Virus record (IMG/VR): IMGVR_UViG_3300045988_104412
Direction: 5' to 3' (one strand)
From: a virus
DNA: 64,000 bases
This document shows positions 10,009 to 20,200 of the stretch, in pieces; the first letter of the stretch is position 1, and the number at the start of each line of letters is the position of its first letter. The notes beneath the pieces are model-generated. The model had not been told where the DNA came from. It made no database searches and saw only the letters and a list, made by a program, of their open reading frames with translations. The position numbers and the translations under genes were made by a program.

Positions 10009-10236
10009 TTATCCCGATGTTTTATGTCCTATATGCCATTTGTTGCAAGTCCTGCACCGATACACCGTATATCCCTGTGCCTTGATCTTCGGGTTCTCCT
10101 GCAAGAACTCCCAAGCATCATTCTCCGTTTCGTATGATTCCTTCGCCTTCCATGAGTGCTGCTTGCGAGTGTAGTGTTCGGGGTCCGGCTTGAACGGCGG
10201 AACCTTGTTGAAGTATTTGTGTCGGTTGTTACTCAT
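10009..10236 (-). CDS. small hypothetical protein with C-terminal CxxC...H zinc-ribbon-like motif
   Basis: ATG at 10236 (MSNNRHKYF...) follows a CA-rich leader. Ends in YRCRTCNKWHIGH. The listed longer start overlaps the upstream methyltransferase. Confidence 0.4.
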   Translation of the reverse strand: MSNNRHKYFNKVPPFKPDPEHYTRKQHSWKAKESYETENDAWEFLQENPKIKAQGYTVYRCRTCNKWHIGHKTSG

Positions 10237-10268
10237 GTGTTGTTTTTGTGTTGTTGTCGGTTGTGTTG

Positions 10269-11053
10269 TCAGAAAAGAGTAGGCTGCGCCAGCTCCAGTT
10301 TGATGCGCTTGCAAGCCTTGTCGTAATACTCCTTGTTGAGCTCGAAGCCGATGAAGTTGCGCTTCTCGCGGATGGCTGCAATGGCGGTGGTGCCGCTGCC
10401 CATACAGTTGTCTAAGATAGTGTCGCCTTCGTTGGAGTAGGTGCGGATGAGATACTGAATAAGAGCTACTGGCTTTTGGGTGGGATGGATCTTCTCCTTA
10501 TCCCGAATAAATTCGAGTAAATTTATAGGGAAACGAGAACCATCACTTACTGTCACCGCTCCTCCATTTTGCGCTTGACATTTTCCTCGTACCATTGCAG
10601 CGTCTTTTCGTTGAATGCCATTTTTGCAGGCATAAGGCTTGCACCCCTTAATCATTTGAGGATGATACTCCATATACATTTTTTCTTGCTTTCAGTTGTT
10701 GCAGCCATTCCGAAAACACATATATCCTCTGTAATCTTCAATGGTTGATGATGGGAATTTAAGTAATTAGTACCGCTCTCTTTTTTCCATATCCAATTAT
10801 ACTTATACATATCTATGTTCGACATGATAAGCGCAGACGTGAAAGGTTGCTGACTAAACAAGACTATAGCACCAGTATTCTTTATGATTCTCTTGTATTG
10901 CTCCCACAACTTATCAAATGGAAGCACGCTATCCCAAGCGCAAGCAGTAGTACCATACGGCAAATCGCACACGATGCAATCCACGCTCCCGTCCGGGATC
11001 CTTTTCATTCCTTCCAGACAGTCTTCATTATATATCTTATTCAGTTCTATCAT
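10269..11053 (-). CDS. beta-class amino-DNA methyltransferase (N6-adenine or N4-cytosine), interrupted by a frameshift in a 6-nt homopolymer
   Basis: The N-terminal ORF carries motif IV as DLPYG (DPPY-like). The C-terminal ORF carries HPTQKPVAL and motif I as DNCMGSGTTAIAA. The two frames meet at T6 (10679..10684; A6 on the coding strand). One extra A would give a single reading frame. Confidence 0.75.
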
Positions 11054-11075
11054 GCTTTGTTACTTTGCAAATCTA

Positions 11076-11670
11076 TCAGTTAAACCATTTCACAGTTGTC
11101 TCGCCCTTATATCCCTTCTCCCACACGAACCATGCGTAGGCGGCAGCGCTGCCCTTTATTGCATCGAAATCGCCGTTGGGTGCGCATTTCAGTCTTGATG
11201 AGCTTACCCAAACACGAATGGGGGGGGGTAGAACGGAACAGCGCGCGGCGTGCCTTGCCTTCGAGGAAAGTCAGCTTTAGGAACATCGCCACTTTCTTTC
11301 TTTCGGGAATGATGCTCAGAGCCTTCTCAACGAACTGCTGCGCATATTTGTAGGGTGGATTGGTCACGATGTTTCCGTCCCACGCCAAGTTGTCTATTGC
11401 AAGGAAGTCAGCCACCTCGCCGTAACCTCTATCCACAAGGTCGCGGCTCACCACCTCGTACCCTGCCGCCTTCAGCACCTCGCTTATGTGTCCTTCGCCA
11501 CACGCAGGTTCCAATATTCTACCGTCGAATTGTTCCAACCGGCAAAGCCACTCCGTAGCTTTTGGCTCCGTAGCGTAATAGTCCTCACGCTGTCGTTCTC
11601 CGTCAGCATGATTACTCGCTCCTAATGTCTTGAACACGGCAGCCGAGCCGCCCACCCAGTCCTTAGCCAT
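11076..11670 (-). CDS. N6-adenine DNA methyltransferase (motif I then NPPY), interrupted by a frameshift in a G9/C9 tract
   Basis: EPACGEGH (motif I) and TNPPYKY (motif IV) are present. After the C9 run (plus-strand G9 at 11220..11228) the listed frame looks like nonsense. The alternative frame reads ...NGDFDAIKGSAAAYAWFVWEKGYKGETTVKWFN, ending at 11076. C8 would restore the frame. Confidence 0.7.
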
Positions 11671-11712
11671 TGTGAACCTCCTTTCCGCATTTAATTGAAT
11701 AGTTCATGTCTT

Positions 11713-12042
11713 TTACATTTTAAATTGTCTTTTCAAGAAAGGATTGCTCTTTATGAGTTCTATCATTTCTACCTCTGAGTGTAAACCCTCCCAAAATACT
11801 TCAGTATGTGAATATCTTCTTTCGTCGTCAATGGAGAACGGCACGGCATAGTTGGTATATATAACGCCGTGATGTTTTATCAAGTGGCGACCTGGATTCT
11901 CGTAGACATTATCGATCCACGTCTCGTTGTCACATTCAGTCCATATTTTGTATTCTTCGTGGGTAAGGCCTTTGTCGATACCCATAGGGTAGTGACCAGC
12001 CTTGCCGTTTCCTTCTGTCCCGAAATAGATAATCTTTGCCAT
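11713..12042 (-). CDS. hypothetical protein
   Basis: 109-aa ORF in the minus-strand operon. Confidence 0.5.
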   Translation of the reverse strand: MAKIIYFGTEGNGKAGHYPMGIDKGLTHEEYKIWTECDNETWIDNVYENPGRHLIKHHGVIYTNYAVPFSIDDERRYSHTEVFWEGLHSEVEMIELIKSNPFLKRQFKM

Positions 12043-12064
12043 ATCGTGATTGTTTTATGTTGTT

Positions 12065-13334
12065 TTAAAATTCGCCAAAATCCAGTTTCATCTGTTGAAA
12101 TTTCTCGGCATACCATTGTCTGGATGATTTGCCAGAAATCCACCAGTCGTAGATGTTCTCCGCTATTTCGTTTTCTTGCTCCTCTGTCAAGCGGTCAGAA
12201 GAGGAGCTGTCCGAAAACCCAATGCGGCGAGTCCACACACCGGTGTTCCTTCGGACAGGTCTTCCAGTTACAGACTGTCCGCATCCACTGTTTACAAATG
12301 CGGAACGTCGGCATTGCCGCTTCTCGTATTTTACCCCCCAGTCGGATTGTTTGTAGAATCGAGCTGGATCCAATGTTCCGGGTCGGGATGCTTGATGTAG
12401 CCGCCTGCGTCCTGAGCAATTCTCTGACGTTTCTGAGAGGCATCCAGTCCTTGTGGATGTTCCACCAGATGTATTCTTTTTTGAATACCCCCCCGTTTCG
12501 GATGGCCTTAATCGCCTTAATCCAGTTTCTCTTTACATGTGGATAGCGTTCGTTTTCTATCATCTTTTGCTTATGCGAACTCATTGGACAGCCGATGCAA
12601 CCTATGCGGTGCCATCCTTCGTCGTAGAGCGAGCAATGCGGAACTTTCACAACATCATTAAGAAATTCCCATACGTCTTGCTCGGTCCAATAGATAATGG
12701 GCGAAATCAGTAGACTCTCTTTGCCGTGGATGCAGCCTAACGTCTGCTCCTCGTCGGCATTGGTGATGTTCACTCCGTCCTCTCTTGACTTTCGCCTTAT
12801 GCGTTTAGCCTTCTGCTCTTGTCTATACTCTTCAAGACCATCGAGGTCGCCGCTAAACTTTCGATTGTTTATCTCCACCTCGTTGCGCTTTGCCCGGCGC
12901 GAACTCTCTGCCTTACGTATGCCGATAAGCGTAACCTTGCCAGCACCTGCCGTTTCCTTGTATTCAGCGCAGCACCAACGCACACGCATAGTTGGCAAAA
13001 TCTGTCTTTCTACGGCACTTTGAAAGATGGATTTACCAGGCTTGTTTAGTTCCACCTCGGGATAGTTTTTCTTCACGAAGCGTATCACTTCGGGCGGGTC
13101 AACGCTCGTAAGATTCATGTGACCTTGAAACCTTACCCCCGCTAACTATGCGATATGGTAGAGAGCCTGAGAATCTTTGCCGCCGCTAAACGCCAAAAAA
13201 TAACCTTGCTCGGCATCATAGTTGAGAGCAATCTTCTCCGCCTTTTGCAACAATTCCACCGAGTGAAGCATTTTCTTTCGCAATCGTGCCGAAGCACGGT
13301 TTAAGGCTTCGGCAAGCGTAATTTTGATATTCAT
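12065..13334 (-). CDS. PP-loop ATPase / PAPS-reductase-family protein, interrupted by an in-frame TAG; the 3-prime third is ambiguous across frames at G/C tracts
   Basis: The N-terminal piece has the PP-loop AFSGGKDS. TAG at 13146..13148 is in frame with the continuation LAGVRFQGHMNLTSVDPPEV...GIRKAESSRR. C7 (12488..12494) and C6 (12334..12339) lie where alternative frames are open. Total span is about 423 codons. Confidence 0.6.
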
Positions 13335-13454
13335 TTATTTATAAATTTGTATTATTATATTTTTACTATCAAAGTCGGCATTTAGACAAATAGGAGGCGG
13401 CGTGCCATGCCAAAGAACTCACGAAAAGTCATTGTTACTCGAACGTAATCCAAT

Positions 13455-13516
13455 CGGACGGCGAACGCAATCCGAGCGGACGGCGAACGCAATCTAATTG
13501 GGCGGCGAACGCAATC
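13455..13516. repeat. three tandem 22-bp-period repeats, core GGCGAACGCAATC
   Basis: CGGACGGCGAACGCAATC occurs at 13455 and 13477, and TGGGCGGCGAACGCAATC at 13499, with a partial copy just upstream. Located between the radical-SAM stop and the PAPS-reductase start. Confidence 0.85.
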
Positions 13517-13532
13517 CGGAGAAACGAACCTT

Positions 13533-14543
13533 TTAGAAGGAAGCGTTTATTCCGTAATTCCTCAAATACTCCTCGCACCTGAAGTCCTTTCTTGGTGAGA
13601 AGTCCTTGAAATTGGTAGTACAGAAAATCATTCGCTTATTGCACCAGCGTGCCAGATCCTTTTGCCATTCCGGAACAACGTGATTAGGATTCACGGGGTC
13701 ACGGTATGGCTGAGCGTAAGCATAAACCGCCCTACCTTCGTGAGTCTTGCGAAACCGTTGTAGACGTTTCCACCAATAGTGTAGCCGATGATAGCATTCT
13801 TCAAAGTTGTTCTTGCCGCCTATCATGGTATAGAGAAAGTATTCGCCCCGGAATCCTGCCGCATTGATAAGTTGCATGGCTCGTTCACAATATGCTATCT
13901 GTGCCGTGGTGTCGCAACCAAAGCGGATGCGAGAGTCTATCCATTTCACTTTCCCTAACAGCTCGGCATATTCGGGAGTGACAAGCCGTGCATCCATCGC
14001 CTGATTGAAGTCGATATGCAGACCGAGGTCGATTATCTTCTTGAGCTGCTCCTTTGCATAGTCGCCCGCCGCAAGAATGTTGTTGTCCATCAGCACAACA
14101 TGCGTGCGCCCCTCTATGGCAATTTCTTCTATATCCATGTAAGGACGTATGCGCCCCTCCTTTTTCGGAACAACACACCAGAAGCATTTGTTAGGGCACC
14201 CCTCGGTAAGTTTGCCTACGGCTTGATTTTTCGGTAGCCAAGGGTACATCGCGTAGAGAGGTTGGAGCTTGTCTATCTCGTCGGGCAGACGCTTATAGAT
14301 GTCGTAGCCCGTGCCACCCTTCTCCAGTCGGTCGTAGGAGAACTGCCGAAAGTCGATGTCGGGCGAAAAGTTGAAAACCTTGCTGGCATACAGTATGTCG
14401 TAATGATGCCTGTCGAAAAGGTCGGTAGGCTGTGCCCATTCCACTTCATCGCCCTGCGTCGTGTGCCAACGGGCAATCTTGCCGAGATCCACGTTAGGGT
14501 ATATCGTAGCTCCCCATTTCTTTTTGCCGTGTCGCCCATCCAC
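13533..14543 (-). CDS. radical SAM domain protein
   Basis: CxxxCxxC cluster in TEGCPNKCFWCVVP; 336 aa. Confidence 0.65.
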   Translation of the reverse strand: MDGRHGKKKWGATIYPNVDLGKIARWHTTQGDEVEWAQPTDLFDRHHYDILYASKVFNFSPDIDFRQFSYDRLEKGGTGYDIYKRLPDEIDKLQPLYAMYPWLPKNQAVGKLTEGCPNKCFWCVVPKKEGRIRPYMDIEEIAIEGRTHVVLMDNNILAAGDYAKEQLKKIIDLGLHIDFNQAMDARLVTPEYAELLGKVKWIDSRIRFGCDTTAQIAYCERAMQLINAAGFRGEYFLYTMIGGKNNFEECYHRLHYWWKRLQRFRKTHEGRAVYAYAQPYRDPVNPNHVVPEWQKDLARWCNKRMIFCTTNFKDFSPRKDFRCEEYLRNYGINASF

Positions 14544-14586
14544 GTCTATGAGTCCTATTTTTATCTCTATTTCTTATATTTTCCGT

Positions 14587-15390
14587 TTATTCCGTGTCGT
14601 CCGTTGGCTCAGGATTCGTCAATTCGCTCATTTCGTTGTTTCCGCGTCCGAGCGCATCCTCTTCGTCCTTCTTTTCCATATACTCGAAGTAATCCGGCTC
14701 CTCCGGCTTTCCACTACTGAGCAGTTCATCATCCTCGATTTCCTGGAGGTCTTTTGTGGTAAGACCGTATTTTCGAGCCATGCGCTGCTTCTCCTCCTCG
14801 GTGTAGTTTACGTGGTCGCGCTTGACGATGCTTACGTCCTGCGTGATGGCAACGCGACTCATGTCCGGCATCTCGTCTGTAGCGTCCTTCTCCTCCTGAA
14901 AGTTGCCATACACGTTAGCCAGGGCCTGCATACCTTTATCTACTGCACGATCGTTATTCTGCTGCTTACCCGTGCGTATCAACCACTCGGCACTGCTCAG
15001 ATACATAGCCTTGTGTCGCGGACTCTCGTCGGTTTGGAAGAAACGTATCAGGTGGTTGCATACCAGCACATCGTTGTTGAGCTCCGTAACGGTACGCGGA
15101 CAAATATTGCCCTCGTCGTCGAGCGTAATTTTCAGCGCAAGCACATACTCTTGTGCTTCCTTGTTGCCCTGCGCCGCCTGGTTGAAGAACATCTCATAGT
15201 CACGTCGGGCGATATTGCGGCACACCGTCCGAGGGTCGATGTCGCGGTTCTGCACCCATCGCTTGTAGAATTCCGAGCATACCTGCATACGGTAGCGTTG
15301 CTCCAGCTTCGGGAAAGCCGTTTCTATGCTTGTGCCGTAGCTCAGCCATTTGTCAATGCGGGAGAGCGTGTTTTGTGTAAGTCCTGACAT
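14587..15390 (-). CDS. hypothetical protein, first gene of the terminase-containing operon (small-terminase role possible but unsupported)
   Basis: 267-aa ORF with an acidic C-terminus. The overlapping + strand ORF 14461..15387 has antisense-like L/V-rich composition. Confidence 0.5.
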   Translation of the reverse strand: MSGLTQNTLSRIDKWLSYGTSIETAFPKLEQRYRMQVCSEFYKRWVQNRDIDPRTVCRNIARRDYEMFFNQAAQGNKEAQEYVLALKITLDDEGNICPRTVTELNNDVLVCNHLIRFFQTDESPRHKAMYLSSAEWLIRTGKQQNNDRAVDKGMQALANVYGNFQEEKDATDEMPDMSRVAITQDVSIVKRDHVNYTEEEKQRMARKYGLTTKDLQEIEDDELLSSGKPEEPDYFEYMEKKDEEDALGRGNNEMSELTNPEPTDDTE

Positions 15391-15447
15391 ATCATCATTA
15401 GTTTTTTTGTGTTTCTTGCCTTAAAGTTACGATGTTATTTTTCCCCC

Positions 15448-15488
15448 ATACGGACATACTTAATCTCCCGTACCCACCATGTCCGTAT
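15448..15488. promoter_or_regulatory. perfect 10-bp inverted repeat ATACGGACAT / ATGTCCGTAT in the divergent promoter region
   Basis: Arms at 15448..15457 and 15479..15488 with a 21-nt spacer, between divergently transcribed genes (15390 - and 15561 +). Confidence 0.55.
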
Positions 15489-15506
15489 TGCGTAGCATCT
15501 TATAAG

Positions 15507-15514
15507 TAACTTTG
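15507..15514 (+). promoter_or_regulatory. Bacteroidota-type -7 box TAACTTTG
   Basis: Matches TAnnTTTG, 47 nt upstream of ATG 15561. Confidence 0.4.
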
Positions 15515-15560
15515 TGGTAGAAAGATTCAGGACAACAACACAAAAACACAACACAGAAAC

Positions 15561-16076
15561 ATGAACAATCCATTCTACTTTTCGCGAGCTATTGCCGCAG
15601 TGCTCGGCTTGCTGTGGGTTCACATAGAGCCCTCGATCAATTTTATCACCGTGTGCTTCTTCGCTCTCATTATCGACTGCTATACGGCTTGGCGGTGCAA
15701 CCGTCGCATCTACCAAAGATACCGTGAGGAGATAAAGCGCAACCCGAAGTGTAAGATGGACGGCAAGCTGCGCTCAAAGAAGATGGTGAAGATGGTGTGG
15801 ACTTTCTCGGTGCTCATCATGTGCATCTGTCTCGCCTCGTATCTCGACCGCAACATCCTGGGCTATATGAACACCCACCTTGCCAATCAACTCACCGCCA
15901 TGTACTGCCTTGTGCAGTTCGTTTCTATTCTCGAAAACGAGAGTACATGCAACGGCGCGGCATGGGCGAGAGTGCTGCAGAAGATTGTCGCAGACAAAAC
16001 CGAGCGCCACTTCAATGTGAAATTGAAAGAGCTGATGAAGGATAAGGAGGAAGCGGAGGAATCAGCGAAAGAATGA
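15561..16076 (+). CDS. holin-like membrane protein (LL-H / phage_holin_4-like)
   Basis: Several hydrophobic segments, the signature QFVSILENES, and a charged C-terminal tail. Confidence 0.5.
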   Translation: MNNPFYFSRAIAAVLGLLWVHIEPSINFITVCFFALIIDCYTAWRCNRRIYQRYREEIKRNPKCKMDGKLRSKKMVKMVWTFSVLIMCICLASYLDRNILGYMNTHLANQLTAMYCLVQFVSILENESTCNGAAWARVLQKIVADKTERHFNVKLKELMKDKEEAEESAKE

Positions 16077-16098
16077 CAAAACAAAACTAAGCAGCATT

Positions 16099-16689
16099 AT
16101 GACAATAAGCAATATCCTTGAGCATTGGGCTTCCATCTATAAGCCCCTATCTCATAACCCCGGAAGCGAACGTCTCGAAGATCAGAGTTTTTTCCGCATC
16201 CGCTACATTGACAAAGAAAACGTATTTTCTCGCAATGCCAACATCGTGCACTCGCCATGTATGCTGTATAGTATACTCGCTACTGGCGAATTGATTAACG
16301 CAAAGGAGGCTGTAATATCTCACCAGGTGTGGTTTCTCGCCAAGGTGAAGGACACGCCTCAGACTCTTGGCCGTTACGACGGCAACAAAATGGAACGTAC
16401 GGCCCAAGACCTTGCCGAATGCTGCAAAGACCTCATAGCTTGGCTTATCGAGGTAAAGCGCACCGGCACCTGCCCTGTCACTGGTCGTTCCTTTGCTGAT
16501 GATGCTGTGGTGATGGCAGAGCTTCGGAGCATAGACACAAGCAGTATATCCTTCGGCTTGGTAGGCGACATTTTTTCCGGCCAATGGTTCGTAATGGGCC
16601 TTGATTGGAAGAGCCTCCAACCCCTCTACAAATTCCATTGTGGCATGCAGGGCAAGTATATCGTGCCGAAGGACAACACGAAAGGATAG
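16099..16689 (+). CDS. hypothetical protein
   Basis: 196-aa ORF upstream of the tape measure gene. Ends in TAG; the next gene is in a different frame. Confidence 0.5.
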   Translation: MTISNILEHWASIYKPLSHNPGSERLEDQSFFRIRYIDKENVFSRNANIVHSPCMLYSILATGELINAKEAVISHQVWFLAKVKDTPQTLGRYDGNKMERTAQDLAECCKDLIAWLIEVKRTGTCPVTGRSFADDAVVMAELRSIDTSSISFGLVGDIFSGQWFVMGLDWKSLQPLYKFHCGMQGKYIVPKDNTKG

Positions 16690-16700
16690 GAGGGTAGGGT

Positions 16701-17261
16701 ATGGCACGTTTTATCTCCCCCGTACAAAAACCGTTTGCTCCGCTCTCCCGCGTCGCTCCGTTGTATCTCGACCAAGCCTTGATGGATATTGAGGCGAACA
16801 TGCAAGTGCAGCGCATTTATCCCACTGAGGTGTATCGAGGCTACGAGGAGATTAACCAATACCGCAAGGAGCATGGCATGTGGTGGTCCACTGGCGAGGG
16901 AACTAAGTCGTTTGAGGGACATATTTATCAAGCCGACGACCAGAAGGGATTGCTTACGGTGGGTATTCGCTACAACGACTATTTGCGCTATGTGGATATT
17001 GGTGTGGGTCTGACTGGTGACATTCATATTCATGCAAGCGACGTGGATCGCACACGGTCGGCAAAGAACGCCAAGAGGTATATCCGCGGAAAATGGGACC
17101 GTAAGCAGGGTAAGTCGCACCGTCCTGCCATCATGCGTACCATTCGCCGACTGCGCGACCGCTACCGCAACTATCTTGCTGATTTCTACGGCTATCAGGG
17201 TGGCATCGACATTATTCATGCCTTGGAAGGAATGGGCGAACACGCTAAGTCTGATTTCTAA
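16701..17261 (+). CDS. hypothetical protein
   Basis: 186-aa ORF immediately upstream of the tape measure gene. Confidence 0.5.
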   Translation: MARFISPVQKPFAPLSRVAPLYLDQALMDIEANMQVQRIYPTEVYRGYEEINQYRKEHGMWWSTGEGTKSFEGHIYQADDQKGLLTVGIRYNDYLRYVDIGVGLTGDIHIHASDVDRTRSAKNAKRYIRGKWDRKQGKSHRPAIMRTIRRLRDRYRNYLADFYGYQGGIDIIHALEGMGEHAKSDF

Positions 17262-17285
17262 CTTTAATTCAACACAAAAACGAAT

Positions 17286-20200
17286 ATGGCAAATCTAAAG
17301 ACAGAAGTAATCCTCTCGATGAACGGCAAGGCCGCCATTCAGGTGCTCGAAGCTCTGCGCGACAAGGCCAGGTCTGTGAGAGAGGAAATAGATCATCTCG
17401 ACAAGGACGCTCCCGACTTCAAGGAGCGTAAGGCTGGACTCGAAAGCGTTTACAAGACTTTACAGAACTACCAAACGAATATCATCAAGGACACTGAGCG
17501 TCTCGACCATGCGCTTAAAAACCTTTCTACCACCTCGCTTCAAAACTTACGCAAGGCTTTGGGCGATGGTCGTCGTCAACTGCAAAAGTTATCTGAGGAC
17601 GACTTGGCGCAAGCCGAGGAGGTACGTAAGAAGATGAAGCAGGTGGGCGATGAGATACGCCTTATAGAGGGTCAGTATGTCAAGATAGCTGAAGGATTGA
17701 AGAATGTCGCCAACCAGTCTGACCAATGGCTCGACAAGGCTATCAAGCAGCAGCGCGACCTTGTGGGTTCGCTGCAAAAATCGGATGCCGGCTATCAGCA
17801 GAACCTCGCTACATTGAAGCAGCTTGAAGCCGAGGAAGACAGACGCAAGGGCAAGATGAACGTGGCAGAGGCACGTCAAACGGTAAGTGATGACAATGCC
17901 TCTGCTTCTGATTTGCGTCGTGCTAAAGCAACACTTACGGAAGCTCGTGACAAGACAGCCATCGGCAAGACTGGAGAGATTGATTCTTACAACCGTGACC
18001 TTCAAGAGATAGAGAGGCGATTGGAGGCTGTGTCGGGCAAGACTCAGAAAGCATCAATGAGTTGGAAACAGATGAAGCGAGTGTTGGCTGAACCCAACAA
18101 GGCTTCGGGCGAAGACATCAAACGTACGATGGAGGTGATACAGCAGAAGATACAGCAACTCCCTGCCGGCAGCAAGTATGTAGCCGACCTCCGTCGCCAA
18201 TACTCCATGCTCGAACAAACTCTTAAGGGCACACGTATGTCGCAGAGTGCTCTCAACGACATCCTCTCGCGTAGCAAGCAGGGTAAGGCTTCCCTCGACG
18301 AACTGCGCCGTGCCTACAAGCAGCTTGAGGAGGAAATGAACCAAGTCAACACCACGAGCAAGGAGTTTGCCGACAAGCAGAAGTCGATGAAAGAACTGAA
18401 GAAGAATATCGACGAGGTGACGGGCGCGACCAATAAGCAGGGTGGGGCATGGCATACGGCGTTGAAGAACCTCACGGCATACGTCGGATTGTTTTCCGTA
18501 TTCAATCATATAAAAGACCTTGTGACGGGTGCCATTAAGAAGAACTTTGAATATTCGGGTTCGTTGACCGACATCCGCAAGGTTTCTGGCTTGACAATGG
18601 AACAGGTAAAACAACTCTCTACTGAGTTGGCTAAAATTGACACCAGAACTTCTGTGGATGGACTGGCACAGCTCGCGTATCAGGGCGCGAAGCTCGGCAT
18701 GGGCAAGTATGGTGTTGAAGGTATGGCCCAGTTCGTAAGAGCCGCGGATCAAATCAATGTAGCCATTGGTGAGGAGATGGGCGAGGAAGCTCTTCCGGCA
18801 CTTTCTAAGATGGTGGAAGTTATGGGACTTATTCCAAAAATGGGTATCGAGAAGGCAATGGAGGCTACAGGCTCTGCCATGTTTAAGTTGTCTTCTACGA
18901 GCACATCTACTTCCAACGACATCGTGGAATTTTCAAAGCGACTGACGGGTGTTGCTCGTACCGCGGGTATCACCACCGACCAGTTGCTTGCCCTCGGTTC
19001 GGCAAGTTCTTCGATGATGCTTATGCCGGAGGTGGCTTCTACCGCTATGGGTAAGTTTATAGTAGCTTTGCAGAAAAACCACAACCTTATTGCAAAGGAA
19101 CTTGGCATACCCGATGAGACCATTAAGAACCTCTATGCGTCGGGTCACGCTATGGATGCCATCGTGCTTGTACTTGAGAAGATGCGCGACAAGGGTAATA
19201 TGAACACCTTGGGTGGCATTTTCAAAGACCTCGGCTCCGACGGTCAGCGACTCGTTACCGCTATGGTTACGATGTCGAAGAACGTGGATATTCTGAAGGA
19301 TCATCTCTACGAGTCGGAAGAGGCGTTCCGTGAAGCCACTGCTGTAGGCAAGGAATACTCGATGCAGCAGCTGTCGGCCATCGGTATTCTCGAAAGAGCC
19401 AATAACCTTTGGGAAAAGGCGTTTGTCAATCCTGATGGTGTGGACGCTGTAAAGGGCATGGCAGAATGGTGGTATGAAATGTCGGCAACGATGACAAACA
19501 GCCCGTTGTTGAAAGGTACGTTGCAGATTGCTTTACAGATGGTACTTATAACATTGAAAGCCGTAGCGACCCTTTTGCCGGTAATCATTGGATATATGGC
19601 TTCACAGGGTCTTTATTCTGGATTGAGACTTCTGTGGCAATACTTGACAGCACTGGGTGTAGCGGTAAAGAGTATGTTTCAATATGCAAGAGCTCTCTTC
19701 ACGGCCAATGCAGCGCAAAGCACGTTGAACAAGACTACGAAACTAAACCCTTGGATAGCTTTCGCGAGTGTTATTATCGGCGTGGCAGGAGCTATATATG
19801 GATATACACAACGTGCAAGGGAAGCTGCTGAAGCTGCGAAAGAAGCTGAGAGACAGGCAAACGCATGGAAGTCCACCCTCGGTCAGGCAGCGATAGAAAC
19901 GGAAAACTTGAAGGATAAGCTCAAGAACTATAAGCGAATGTTGAGCGAGGCAAACCTTTCACAAAAGGACCGTCAAGGTCTTATCTCAAGATTTAACAGA
20001 GATTTCCGCTCGTACATCAATAATCTCGGCATTGAGATAAAGAACGTCAAGGATTTGCGCGACCATTATGCAGATTTGGCGCAGGAGGCCGAAAGAGCTA
20101 CCTATTATCGTATGCGTGAGCAAGCAAAGCAGCAGGCTTTGCCTAAGCTGGACAATGACGTAAACACTGCTTCCAATGCAGTTATGGAGAATATAACGAA

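Noticed and set aside
13455-13516. Possible CRISPR array
   Set aside because: The repeats are contiguous at a 22-bp period with only 4-nt variable linkers. There are just 3 copies, no spacers of CRISPR length and no cas genes.
14461-15387. 308-aa + strand ORF overlapping the - strand gene 14587..15390
   Set aside because: It has the Leu/Val/Arg-rich composition typical of antisense frames. The - strand ORF fits the operon and has normal composition.
16099-17261. Tail-assembly-chaperone pair with a programmed -1 frameshift upstream of the tape measure gene
   Set aside because: The second ORF is in the -1 frame relative to the first, but that frame has a TAG stop at 16695..16697, just upstream of its ATG. 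There is no overlap window or slippery heptamer for a G/GT-type frameshift.
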